Origin: Antedon mediterranea
Taxonomy: Eukaryota > Animalia > Echinodermata
NCBI RefSeq assembly: GCF_964355755.1
Contig: NC_092677.1
Location: forward strand, 26,709,175-26,773,174
Direction of reading: 5' to 3'
Length of the DNA: 64,000 nt
A model generated the notes under the pieces. The model was not told where the DNA came from. It saw only the letters and a list, made by a program, of their open reading frames with translations, and did not search any database. Position 1 is the first letter of the stretch, and each line of letters begins with the position of its first letter. This document shows, piece after piece, positions 1-13,348 of this stretch. The translations under genes and the position numbers were made by a program.

Positions 1-544
1 AATCTTTTTTTATTTTTTCCAATCTTTTTTGATTGATTGTTCACTCATTTATTAATCGAGAACCGATTTCTATTTTTTACAATTTTAAGTAACTGATTTA
101 AATGAAACCGTTGCAAGTATTTGATTATTGTATTTTAATCTAATTAAACTGGACGACCATAAATTAGAAACTGAATATAAAATCAGGCATTCTAGTAAAC
201 AATTGTAATCTTCACATTGATATTGTTAAGGTGATACTACAATGTAGAATTGACTATTATAGCAATGATAAGCCTTGGAGTTCTTGAATCTTAAGATGTT
301 ACAGTTACAATAGCTTTTTGCTAAAGTGAACATTTGCATAAAGTACTCCATTACAGAATACTGTGTACTGTACAGTACTATGTACCTAATAGGTTATTTA
401 ATGCACTAGAAAGTAAACAATGTGAAACTGAGCAAACTTGTCATTGGCTTTCTGTTTACAGTAGTTACTATGGTAACAAGAGAGGCATTTTAATTGTTTA
501 TCAGTAAATGGAAGAGGTTTTTAAAAAGCGTTCAATGGCATGAT

Positions 545-2095
545 TTCTTGTGGTGTTCGATAGCCAACAATGAGCTAGTACAATTTTCCTAGAGGGTGTT
601 ACATTTGGTTTCTGGTGGTCTTTGATGACAACCAATGAGCTATTACAATTTTCCTAGAGGGTGTAACATTTGATTTCTGGTGGTCTTTGATGACAACCAA
701 TGAGCTATCATAATTTTCCTAGAGGGTGTAACATTAGATTTCTGGCAGTGCTCGATGACAATCAATGAGCTAGTATAATTTACAATTTTGCTAGAGGGTG
801 TTACATTTGATTTCTGGTGGTCTTTGATGACAACCAATGAGCTATTATAATTTTCATATAGAGTGTGTAACATTAGATTTCTTATGGTCTTTGATGACAA
901 CTAATGAGCTATTATAATTTTCATATAGAGTGTGTAACATTAGATTTCTTATGGTCTTTGATGACAACCAATGAGCTATTATAATTTTCCTAGAGGGTGT
1001 TACATTTGATTTCTTATGGTCTTTGAATGATGACAACCAATGAGCTACTGTATAATTACAATTTTCCTAGAGGATGTTACATTTGATTTCTGGTGGTCTT
1101 TGATGACAACAAATGAGCTATTACAATTTTCCTAGAGGGTGTTACATTTGATTTCTAGTGGTCTTTGATGACAACCAATGAGCTATCATAATTTTCCTAG
1201 AGGGTATAACATTAGATTTCTGGCAGTGCTCGATGACAACCAATGAGCTATTATAATTTACAATTTTCCTAGAGGGTGTTACATTTGATTTCTAGTGGTC
1301 TTTGATGACAACCAATAAGCTATCATAATTTTCCTAGAGGGTGTAACATTAGATTTCTGGCAGTGCTCAATGACAACCAATGAGCTATTATAATTTACAA
1401 TTTTCCTAGAGGGTGTTACATTTCATTTCTAGTGGTCTTTGATGACAACCAATGAGCTATCATAATTTTCCTAGAGGGTGTAACATTAGATTTCTGGCAG
1501 TGCTCAATGACAACCAATGAGCTATTATAATTTACAATTTTCCTAGAGGGTGTTACATTTGATTTCTGGTGGTCTTTGATGACAACCAATGAGCTATTAC
1601 AATTTTCATATAGAGTGTGTAACATTAGATTTCTTATGGTCTTTGATGACAACCAATGAGCTATTATAATTTTCCTAGAGGGTGTAACATTAGATTTCTG
1701 GCAGTGCTCAATGACAACCAATGAGCTATTATAATTCACAATTTTCCTAGAGGGTGTTACATTTGATTTCTGGTGGTCTTTGATGACAACCAATGAGCTA
1801 TTACAATTTTCATATAGAGTGTGTAACATTAGATTTCTTATGGTCTTTGATGACAACCAATGAGCTATTATAATTTTCATAGAGGGTGTAACATTTGATT
1901 TCTAGTGGTCTTTGATGACAACCAATGAGCTACTGTATAATTACAATTTTCCTACAGGGTGTTACATTTGGTTTCTGGTGGTCTTTGATGACAACCAATG
2001 AGCTACCCTGTATTATAATTTACAATTTTTAAAGAGTGTGTTATATTTGATTTCTTATGGTCTTTGACATTCTCAACCAATGAACTACTGTTACC
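545..2095. repeat. Tandem satellite, ~65-bp unit with ~72-bp variants, ~23 copies
   Basis: Unit TTACAATTTTCCTAGAGGGTGTTACATTTGATTTCTGGTGGTCTTTGATGACAACCAATGAGCTA recurs. Three subtypes alternate (GGTGGTCTTTG, GGCAGTGCTC, CATATAGAG/TTATGG). Edges are degenerate. Confidence 0.95.
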
Positions 2096-3102
2096 TGTAA
2101 ATGACAATTGGCATATTTGGCCCCTTTTGATCCCTGGCTATGTTCTTATGACAACCTTCATCAGATGACAATGTCACAGAGCGTGTACTCTTTTGATCTC
2201 TGTTGGTCTTTCATGCTTCATCATTTCATGTTTTTAATGTTCCTTTTTTCCATTTAGTATTTCCTCATAACTCTTTTTATGCATTAACAATTTAGAAATG
2301 TATTATTGCAATATTAATAACAACCTTTATTATATTGAACCTGGTATATTATGAGCACTATTGCTTATTAGATTGCAGAATTGTTATAATGCAATAAAGC
2401 TAAGTAATATTTCTATTGATAGATTGTTGCATCTCTTTGAACTACTTATTTACTGTAGATGCAATGTTTATAATTAATTGAAAATATACAATCAAGTTTA
2501 ACAATTTATACACAATTAAATTGAAGTAAATTAAATTGATTGATTATTATAAATAAATTAGGAATATTTACGGTAACTAGTTAGCAATATTATTTTAAGT
2601 TTTGTGTAAAATTTGAATTTAACTAAAAGAAATTGTGAATTAAAAAATTGATTTTAATTAGTTTTAATAAATAAAATTAGGAATGTAACTAATTGTTTTA
2701 CTACTAAATTGGTTTTAATTAATTATACTAGTTTTAGAAGAAGGCCGCTTAATTAGGCACTAGCCTTAACGGTCTTGTGACTATCTAGCTTTTCCGGGAG
2801 ATGTATCTCCAAATTGTCATAAATAGAATAACTAAAAAAATAAATTAGGAATACTACTGTATATGGTTTAATATATTATATAAATATTTTATTACAATTT
2901 ATTAAGTGCAGAATCTAAAATAAATTTGATGATACAGAATAAATAAAAAAATGAATTAATATACAAATTAAAAATACATACAGGTTTACTATATTATATT
3001 ACTTTTTTTATTATAATTTCTCAAGTGCAGAATCTAAATTTAAAATTGTATGTCACAAGTAAATTTTATGATGGAGGATGTCGACAAGATAAAATAAATT
3101 AG

Positions 3103-4705
3103 AAAACTAGACATGAAACTCGTCACTTTGACGAGTTAGTTATCCGCACCACGACAAACGCCACGTGCACGTCTTACGTTGGAATATTGCACACAGGTAA
3201 AGATTATGGCATTATGACAAGAACTGAAGAATATGATATGCTGTTAGTGCTGAATTCTGTCAATTTTGTGTCATATAGTATACATGCAAACAGTATAATC
3301 TGTATACATATTACATGCAGTGTAGAATAGGTGAAATTACGGGACCCGCCATTTATTCCAATTTTTAACATGGCGACGGTATCAAAATGAAACACTTAGA
3401 TAGCAATTTCAGAAGGAAATTATCTCAGGAACAACATATTAACGTGTAGAAGAAATTTGAATACGTAAAATATAGATGCGCACCCTTTTAAATGTGATGA
3501 ACTATTACGCAAAATATGAAAATACGACTTTTTTTATTCAACTGGCCATATGATGACGTCACAACATCCGATTGGCAAAATGTTTACATGAATTCGTATC
3601 TACAATCCAATAGCTTCCATAAAACGTTTTAATCGTGATTATCACATTTTATTCTTACGAGCTATTACAGATTAAAATTTACTGTAAAGATGAAATTAAT
3701 GACCCACGTAATTAAAATTGTTTGGCATGATGACGTCATAAAAATTAAAATATTTTTATCTCATGCTAAAGAAAGTTGATTGACCTACACAATATATAAA
3801 TGTAGGAGAAAAAGGAATACAGATAAGCGTGATGCGCTCCATTGAATGTGATGAGCAATAACGAAAGAGACAAAAATCCTATATTTTACATTCGTGTGGC
3901 CATACGATGACGTCACAATGTTTTTTTAGCCTTATCGATGCATGATCCGATATCTACAACTCATCAACTTCTAGATTTTGTAATAAAAATAAACGGTTCA
4001 CGGTTTACTTTAGAAACTATGACTGTTTAAAAAAAGACATAATTTTGACGATTTTTTAAGCTTTTTCATAAAAAACGCGCATGAAATGTTTAATTCAACG
4101 TGTTCGTATGGCGTTATTTAAATTGGAAAAGGTCTAAATTGTTTTCAAAATTACTAGGAAAGGCTTGAAAAATATGATTCAAGGGAAAAAAATATGTTTT
4201 TAACGCTACGTGCGCACCGCGTGCGTAAAAAATTGCGCGCCCGTGGGAATTTTTGACATGCTCAAAATGACAAGAAACGCATAAAAAGTTGATTAGAAAT
4301 TAATTTTGCGCATTTTGAAATTTTAAATGCGCGTGCGCGCGTAACTTCTTGTGAAACATGCCATTTTTAATCCGTAGAAAGTTTGCCCCTGATATGACTT
4401 AAATTTTGTCAAAGTGTCAATACTAAATGACTTTTAGTTTTTAATCTATGATCAATCATTGAAATTCATAAAATTGCGCGTAAGTTACGTTGCGCAACTA
4501 TGACGTCATTCAAAAATAGGAGGTGCACAACTTCACGTAAATACCCATATGTTGTCAAAGTTATGAAATGTTATGTTTACACATTTTAGAGAAACGCGAT
4601 CCACAAAAAGGAAGGAGGGAAAGAAGAATAATACAGAAAAAAACTGTTGATCTCATACAATAACAAGGAGTTATCCGCTTGGTATACCAAGCGGATAACT
4701 AATAA
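3103..4705 (-). mobile_element. Non-autonomous Helentron/Helitron2-type element (HINE/DINE-1-like), ~1.6 kb
   Basis: Perfect 32-bp palindrome AGTTATCCGCTTGGTATACCAAGCGGATAACT at 4669-4700 next to a purine-rich simple repeat. Matching sub-terminal IR TTAGTTATCCGC at 3136-3147, stem-loop AACTCGTCA-CTT-TGACGAGTT at 3117-3137, and a CTAG-TTTT end on the minus strand. Internal ~354-bp duplication (TGGCCATAYGATGACGTCACAA near 3543 and 3897). Confidence 0.75.
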
Positions 4706-5635
4706 GTAATTGATGCATTTTTTAGAATCTTTTTATGGGATTAAGTTATACTACATCGGTAGTAGTTAGTAGTAGTCGTACAACATAATCAATAGTATCT
4801 TGTCTAAGAATAGGAATGCCATCTTGAGTAGGTATGTTATAAATAGTACTTGTACTGTGTACACTAAAGGCAGGCATCATCTCATGTATAAAATAAAAAA
4901 ATATTATGTTAGTAACGGTAACCCGAGCCGCCAGTTAACGTAACATTTTGCGTCGTTTCTGTCAAGCCATTTTTATAATAACCAGCATAATTGCTGTTTG
5001 ATTTAATGAAATAGGATACTACAATGGAAGAAGGCGGTGTTTGAATGGAAATTGTATCTGCAAAATAAGCAGTTGTTTTCAAATGTCCATCTATTCTATT
5101 AGTGTAATACAGTAGATCTAAAAATTATCTTTTTCAGAGCACAATACTAGTGAGAGTGAGAGAAATTCTATTTTTGGACACAATTTTCCGACAAAAAATA
5201 TATATCGTCCAATCATCCTTTATTTCAAATCAAAAACATAAGAATGTAACAAACATCCCAGGTCACAGCTTGCGAGAACCAACCATGCAGGAAAAAACAA
5301 GACAACAATTATGAAACACTTAAAAAAAAAAAAATGAAGATAATAATAGTAGAAAACACACCCAAAACATTATTTTTTTGTTATAAACATTTACAGTTAA
5401 AATTTGCATTATTATAGAAAACAAAAATAAAATGCAGTTAGTTTAGTAACAACTGCACTGGAATCATTTTCACATCTTTTTTGTTGTTAATTTCTCAAAT
5501 CAGAGTTTAAAAATAATTTTCTTTCTGAAAATTAATTAATTTGTGTTTACATAATTGATGTTAGTGATACAGTATGATATATTGATGTACTGTAATTTGA
5601 CAAGAACATTATCTTTTATTAAAACTCTAGTCTAA

Positions 5636-6337
5636 GGGCCTGTTTCTGCTGAGCAGAAATAATCGATTATTAACCATTTATTTTTTTTAATCGATTATTT
5701 TTGGGCAGCAGACACGGCGCAAAATAAAATAACCGATTAAAAACAACCAATTAAAAACACTCAATCCATTGCATGTTTTAATCGATTATTTCTTGTTTTA
5801 ACCGATTATTGTGGAGCAGTTTTGAGCTGCAACACAAATAGCGATTATTGACCACACTTTGACCTCTAGAGTATGGCAACCCTCATTCACAAAGCATGCT
5901 GTTTATTTGCGCGATAGACGACGATCAGCGATGTGAACCGAATTACAATCAAATGTTAAACATTTGATTTTTTATTTTATGGGGAGAATTATACCGAGAA
6001 ACAAGTACACCGTTAATCCGACCAGTCCAGTCTAACAATGTTTTGCATGTCCTTTTTTGGGCCTGTTGTTTCGGTAGAAATATATAACCTAGCTATGCCC
6101 TAGAGTAGAACCAACGCCGAATGGCGAAACAAACTTTTCTATAGGCAGCGATAGGATGTAAACAAACCAACTCTCATCGGCCTTCCATAACTTGAACTGC
6201 ACTGTGGGTATGGATGACATGATTTTTAAAAAGCAATTACCAGATAACCGATTAACGTCGGAGAACATTTTCATTTCTGTGGTTTGAGGTACTTTGAAAA
6301 AATCGATCATTTTTATTTTTTCGGCAGAAACAGACCC
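5636..6337. mobile_element. MITE, PIF/Harbinger-like
   Basis: Inverted termini GGGCCTGTTTCTGCTGA ... TCGGCAGAAACAGACCC, flanked by TAA/TAT. Repeated AATCGATT/AACCGATT subterminal motifs. Confidence 0.7.
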
Positions 6338-6365
6338 TATAATACAGTGTAATGTATACAAAATC

Positions 6366-6584
6366 TTATATATTGTCCCCTGGGGAAAATAATTTAAAGT
6401 TTTTTGTTGAATATGCCATTTTTCATGAAACATAATAGTTATTCACTTTGACCAAAAATAAACAATACTATGTCATTTTTTCATTATTTAGTTTGTGTTT
6501 TTTCCTACGGCAAAATGACGTATGGTTTTCAAAGTCTAATTTTATTAATCTTCATTTTTTTAGGACAATACTGTACATCTTTAA
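6366..6584. mobile_element. Internally deleted copy of the Kolobok-like AGATGTATTGTCCCC MITE family
   Basis: TATTGTCCCC ... GGACAATAC(TGT)ACATCTTTAA. The internal sequence matches the copies at 26259 and 63507. Confidence 0.6.
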
Positions 6585-7079
6585 TACTGTACTATAAATA
6601 ATATGTATTTCTTGTGTATCATATTGATGACAAGTCAGAGAAGAGTGCCAATACTACAACCTTGTAATAACATTTTCAGGTAGTTACATATAAAATCATT
6701 TATCACCGACAAACCCATTCAATGGTACTTATTGCCTGTTCCCAATGCCATCGTGATGATGTCATAGTTGCTAGGCAACCATGGATGATTGTACTTTAAT
6801 TATTGGGGTATTGTAATGGTTGAAAATGAAAGAACAATCTATATTTTGTGTTTATTTTTTAAATGTATTATACACTTAAGTTTGTACAGTGACTTAGATA
6901 TTCTGGTTAGGCCAGAGGAAACATTAAGGTTTGGGAAAGAGGGTTGAGGTAAGATGCTTATAAATTTCATACCAAAACTTGCAATGTGACCATGCTGCTT
7001 GTTAAATTTTACAGTTCTTATGACAGTAGTACTAATTGAACAGTAGTGCTTGTCAGAACTTTTGACATGCACTACAGTT

Positions 7080-7175
7080 AGCACTGACCCAGCACTGACC
7101 TAGCACTGACCTAGTATTGACCCAACACTGACCCAGTATTGACCCAACACTGACCCAGTATTGACTAAGCACTGG
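7080..7175. repeat. 10-bp minisatellite (AGCACTGACC-like), ~9 copies
   Basis: AGCACTGACC / AGTATTGACC / AACACTGACC units in tandem. Confidence 0.85.
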
Positions 7176-7380
7176 CAAGACTTTTATTCCTTCATACTGC
7201 CCTCAATCTGTTAATGTTGCTCTACAGTCAGTATTACACATACAATCGATCAATAATATCTATTATTCGTAAATCATTTGTCATTTTCAAGTTGTAGAAT
7301 AATTGTATGTAGTAAACTTTAATGTTATTATGGGACACTATTTTCTGACGACACACTAAATCTATAATCATCTATCAATG

Positions 7381-7669
7381 CCATTAAGATATTATAGATT
7401 GGCTAGAGGGCGGACTCCATGTTATCACAGTTGAAAATGTTATTCCTCACCAAGAATGAATTAATTTCATTGCGATTACAATTACTGTAAAAACAGTGTA
7501 TTAAATTTGAACAAGAATGATTTATTTATTATATTAAATTATTATTTTATACTTAGTAAATTTTGAACAGATTTACGGCAGCCATATTTAATTTATTGTT
7601 CTCATTGGAATCGCGCTCCTCAGTCAGGAGTCTGCCCTCTATTAAACTAATCTACTAATACCTCAATGG
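7381..7669. mobile_element. MITE with ~40-bp imperfect TIRs
   Basis: Left end CCATTAAGATATTATAGATTGGCTAGAGGGCGGACTCC. Reverse complement of right end CCATTGAGGTATTAGTAGATTAGTTTAATAGAGGGCAGACTCC. Confidence 0.65.
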
Positions 7670-8199
7670 TTTTTGGAATTTATATTTGTATTTGATATAT
7701 TTTCAACTTGTTTGACAGAATGTACAGCATTCTATTTTAAAATTATATCTCACATTTAAATTTAATAGCTTAATTTTTAATGATGTGAAAATTAATAATT
7801 AATATTTATAAAATGTGTTTTATCCACTGTCCAATAATATATTGCATGCAGGTTTAAACAAATCTTATCAGTTTTTTTAAATGCAATGAAAGAAATTACA
7901 AAAACGTTATGATCGTCAAACCATTTCTATTGTGAGCCCTCTAGAGGTCAAATTGAATCAATTTATTTCTGTATACCATAAAATAAAAGCAGGGATAAGG
8001 GAAGAGTGAGATTATCTTAATAAAAGGGACAACATACATCTGGGTTACAACATAGAATGGGTGATTTAATGGCATTGGATGTACTGTATAGGCTTAAACA
8101 TTTCTATTGGGGTTGGGGGTAGGTGACCCTGCTTAATTGTGTTAGATTTGTTGTAGGGGGAAAAAATTTGTTTGAAGTTGTGAACTGATGTTTACTTAA

Positions 8200-9315
8200 A
8201 ATGGACCTGAAATGGATTTTCGATTTTTTTCATTTTAGAATGATGTTTTGGGGGCTATTAGGTGTTGCTAGAATGTATATTGTTACAAAATATAAATTGG
8301 CCCTTTTGGGGAAAGCCCCATTTGAAAATCAAAAAAATTCGCGAGTGACGTCACTTTGCGAATATATTCCTATCCCTCCAATGGACAATTTGCAGTTTTT
8401 TGGCTATAACTCTTGAAATCTATGGAGTATTTTCTAAAAAATGCTTGTGCATTTGCAGAAACGTATTTAGAATTTTTTTAGATAAAATTATTACCGTATA
8501 AACGGTTATTCATCGAGTAAATGACGATTTAAAATCTTAAAATCAACGTTTTTTTTTCTGGCAATACCGAAGTTGGCCTGGCAACGTTGTCCGGGATACA
8601 GCTCCGTGCGCAATGATGCGTATCCATATTTTCCGTTCGTGTATTTTGTATCGTTCGTAATTTATACTGCTAAAATGTGTTAGTTTCTTTAGTTTTTAGT
8701 TTAGCAGAATTAAATTAGTAATATGAGATGATAATTTATTTGTCACGAATCAGGCAGTTCGAAAACGAATTTTATTCATATTTTACTTGACAATGAGCGC
8801 AGCAAGTTGTTGATATCGCTTTGGTCCTTGGATGCACATGAAACGGAGCCTCGCCGCATGATGTGGGTGGTGGATCGACTCCGCGCACTGGATTGGGGGC
8901 CTAGGCCTAGTAAAGGTTTGGGAGGTAGGCCTTCTAAATTCGGGTTTTAGAACAAACGAAGTACATTTTAGGGACCTATATTTCAACAACATTAGATATT
9001 GAATAAATTAGTATTAGTGTCAACGCTTCGCGTATCTTTCCAGGCCGTCGATCATTCACACTGACTATCGGGCGGCATACACGCTCTCGATATCATCGTG
9101 TGACGTCGTGAATATAGAGGCTTCCGACGGCCGTTGAAATAGAATATTGCAATGGCGTGAGTAATTTTTGCTAATTTACCATGGTATTTTAAAATTTCGT
9201 TTTTACTCAAAATACTATACATTTTGTTTTTATTTGTATGGGTTTGTGTTAATTTGATACATTTAAATAACATATGTGAATTTCTTGAAAATCGAAATTC
9301 CATTTCAGGTCCATT
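8200..9315. mobile_element. Non-autonomous DNA transposon, Kolobok-like (TTAA TSD, RR...YY termini)
   Basis: Near-perfect TIR AATGGACCTGAAATGGAWTTTCGATTTT at both ends. TTAA at 8196-8199 and 9316-9319. No transposase ORF. Confidence 0.85.
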
Positions 9316-10599
9316 TTAACCATATAATAATAATAATAACTTTATTGACAAATACTTTTTGATCAGTGGCAACACAATCATTAGTGGTGCAGTCAACTTA
9401 AACTACGTACAAATAAACATTCTAAACCAAACAAATTAAAACTAAGTGTTTGTACACTCAGTGACAATACATAGACAATAGTAATACAAAAACAATGCTA
9501 GCCGAACATAATTTAAAGATATAATTTTTTCTTCAATGATTAAAATATGAATAATTTATATTAAAACAAATTTTACAGATGTTTACTAACAGCAATCATA
9601 ATGCAAGTAAAAGAAGTATAGAGGGTGGATAGAGAATGTTATTAACTGTTACATACTATTTGCTCTTTATGCAATATAGCAATTAAATAACTTACAAGTA
9701 GTTCTAATACACTCTTAGTAAAGTGCCCATATACTGGTGGTTAGCCCTAACAAGGGATTGGATAGTACTGGACATGGATTAATAAATGACCTCCCTCTTT
9801 CATAATGGAACAATCCAATGTCCTACATTAGTATGAATATGCAGTGGATTGACCTCTGTGCAAAAAGCACAATATGGCTGGCTAGCTCATTTGAATATTG
9901 GTGCTTGTGCAGTGAGCTGCTACGATAGGAGGAGACAGCCTAACCCTTTTGAGTGTGCTGAAAAGCCTGTCACGGCCTAGCCCAACACACCAGCTTGGCT
10001 GGCTTTACTGACTTGTTTCTGTCTTTGTGGAGGACTTATATTGCACTGAGATCTAGGCCTAAGGTGTGAGCTATAATCAGTTGATGGAAGCAGGCTGTGG
10101 AGGTGGACATGTATCAGGTTTTTTATTGACTTGTTGGCCTAAGTAACGACTATGGGGAACTGGTAAGTGATTCATTTGAGTTGCTACACCATCTTTCATT
10201 GATTGCTGATCTATTGTAGTACTTTGTAATTTCTTACAATGACGCTACTACATTATCATGTCTTATATATAGATTAGTGGATATACAGTAATAAATAACC
10301 CAAATAGGCTTACTTAGTTACACTGTAGTCTGTACAATACATAATGAGTAGGTGTTGTACACAATCACAAACTTACCTACTTACTTAGATTCATGCAGAC
10401 ATGTACATATTATTTTTTAAATACATTGTATCAAAATATTAAAATGCAAATTTCCCACTCAATATTATTTAAAAAATAATATTTAATATAAAATATATGT
10501 ATAAATAGGGATAACGATGTGAAATTAAAAGTTAATATTTTGCAAACAAATTATACATTGCCTGTTAGTATTTTGTATCAATATTATAATAAAGAAAGA

Positions 10600-11826
10600 A
10601 TTATGAAAATATGACTTGTAGTTTTCGAAATATAGGGTTTAAAACATCGCCGAAAATGATCGTTTTTAGCCACGAACGATGTAAACAAATTGCGCCCCCA
10701 GTCGACAATTGTATGAACTAGTCATTTTTCGTAAAAATAATTATATAAAATCACGGTTTTAAGTAATATATTTTGTATATATATCAACATTTTAAAATTC
10801 AATCAAATATGATAGTACTTATTTATTATATAAAAAAGAGTGTTTATTTAACCTCATTCGAAGAATTTCAATGCATTATTTTCCCGTGTAATTGGACAGG
10901 CCTGACACCATGTGACTTCACGGCACTTGCGAGAAAATTATTCCGCTGTGTGTTGATTGCGTCAACCAATCAAAGGGCGAGAATCCAAAATCGTTCAACC
11001 GTGAGACATGCGGAGCGGTCGAATGCGAAGGTTTGATTGGCTTGCGATGACATCATACCATAAAATGGCGTTTTTGTAGTTGAGCCTCTCGGAATTTTCC
11101 AAAAATTATTTTTAAAATGGACAAAACAGCTATTTTTCATGGTATATGGGCTGTTACTATGAAATATTCGAATTATATAGACCTCATATCGGGATAAAAC
11201 TGTTTTTTAGCACTTAAAATTAATATTTTTCTTAGTAACAAGCACATGGTATGTGGAACTATATTATCTTGGTGTAGGAATAAAATACATTTTGAGGTCA
11301 TAAGAGGCTCAACTACAAAAATAAGGTTGAAAATGGTAGGTCATTGAGCCTTCCGAGGGTTTCGTAGTAAACAAAAGCTATACGCGCTAGGCGATAACGA
11401 TCTTTTAACCACTATATTAACATTTTTGGTTGAATGAAATGGAAATAAAAAATACTTGATCTTATAGAATAATAGGTAAATGAATATTTACTCAAAAGGA
11501 TATTTTCATAATTAATTTATTTTCAGAATAATTACCTAATAAAAAGTGTTTACCAAAGTAAAAAAATACCGCGTCAATGACATTGCGCGCATAGTAACGT
11601 GCGCGCTGTTTAATCGTGGTAATGAAAATGGAGTCAGCTCTCGGTATCCCTAGTATAAATTAATTTTTTACTGTTTATTTTATGCATTTAAGGATGTAAT
11701 ATGTACTAATGTTTATTTTATGGGGTTAGAAATAATATTTAAAACAAATTCAATAATGTTGTTTAGAAATAAAATATTATTGCTAATTTGAATGAATGAA
11801 TTCGCCTAGTCGAAAACCGGCTTTAT
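10600..11826. mobile_element. DNA-transposon remnant(s), family unassigned
   Basis: Perfect 18-bp inverted repeat TTTTGTAGTTGAGCCTCT (~11071) / AGAGGCTCAACTACAAAA (~11303). CpG-richer than its flanks. A solo TIR TTCGCCTAGTCGAAAACCGGCTTTA at ~11801 resembles the MITE end at 33245-33270. Confidence 0.4.
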
Positions 11827-12199
11827 AAACGCAACCAATAGTACACTGTTATTAGTAAAAGTTAAAACATTTACAAATGACTTTAAATTGATGAGTTTAA
11901 ATGCAGTTTGAACTTAGTCAATGAGGATTAAAGAAAAGAAATTAATGAATGAATGTATTGTGGCAGACTTAATTAGTGTTAATTAACACTTTCCTTATAC
12001 AATTGACACTTCTCATTTCCAAATCGGTTTTCATACCTATTGTTTGTTTAAATTCCACATTTGTTTGTTTCTGTCCATCCATCTGTGTATTGCTATACCT
12101 TTGGCATTTGCCCATAAATAAATAAAGATACACATCATAAAAAGTGACTCTGCTAGATGTCAGGGGTAAAACTAATTGGGTGAAAATATGCAAGTCTAA

Positions 12200-12628
12200 A
12201 GCCTTGATCGCACTGGACTTAATTTGGTCAAATTAACCGGGACGCCGACTAAAGTGAGCAAGAAAAGTCCAATCTGAACACTGACTATAATTCCCACAGG
12301 GTTAAAAAACCAAATAGAACATTTACTGACCACTGCCTGCCGAGTAAAACTTACTGTACCGTGGTCTCCGTAAAACTAACCGCATGGCTAAAATGATTTA
12401 ACATCACTTTTTCATGTTGGTAAAATTACAGTATTTAAACTAACTGTGTGAAAATATCCAAGTGCGAATGATGGTCCAATCTTCCAATGACATTGGGTAA
12501 AGCTACCTCAGTTAAATTTGTCATTTTATAAGTCCAGTGCGAACGAAGCTTTACAGTTAGTTTTTAGTATAAACTATAAGTTCGCTGGTTAAATTTACAA
12601 TTTTTTCAAGTCCAGTGCGAACAAGCCT
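12200..12628. mobile_element. MITE, Harbinger-like, with a duplicated right TIR
   Basis: AGCCTTGATCGCACTGGACTT ... AAGTCCAGTGCGAACAAGCCT. A second right-TIR copy lies at ~12530-12551. Flanked by TAA/TTA. Confidence 0.7.
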
Positions 12629-13348
12629 TTAAATTTCTCATTCTTTAATGTAAACAGCAAATATTAGCTCCGTCTCTTTAGCTATCGCTTTTGAGAACTT
12701 AAGTTCCACTGGCTTAAATACCACCATCCATGAATTCAAATAAAGGTTAAGTGTCATAACCCATGCAAACCTTCTGAATAAATAGTAAAACAATGCAAAA
12801 AAGTAAGATAAATATTAAAGTCCCAGAGGTGAGCCAACCAAAAAGATTTATTGCGTACTCGTATTGTCATGGCAACAACAGGTCACTTGGGTAAATATTT
12901 GACCTGGTCTATTGTCACTCGGATTATACTGACGTCAAAACGGGCATCATCAATATAAGGAAAATTATTAATAACTATTAAAGTCTTTTAATTAAAGTTG
13001 ATTAGTATTAAACCATCTTTCAGCTAGTTTGTAACTGTAATCACATGGTTGACTGATCACGTGACCCCCTAATTTTTGTTAATATTTACGATAACGATAA
13101 ACGATAATAATCTGAGATATTCCCACCACTTAATTGTAGCCAATTTGTGTCCATGTTTGATCAATTACGGTATATTGATTAAACTATAATAATTATCAAT
13201 AATACTAATAGTAAAACTTTCAGATTACAGACATCCGTCTTATATAGAGTAAAGTAATTTGGCATACTGTAAATTATAATGAATGCAATGCAATAATTTT
13301 AATTAACAGTCTATAAGTCTCAATTGTTAGGTAAATAAGTCACACATT

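Noticed and set aside
643-1880. Minus-strand ORFs of 60-154 aa
   Set aside because: Translations of the 65-bp satellite; frames shift between units.
9725-10158. Possible element with CCCATA...TATGGG ends
   Set aside because: The inverted match is short and gapped, with no clear TSD.
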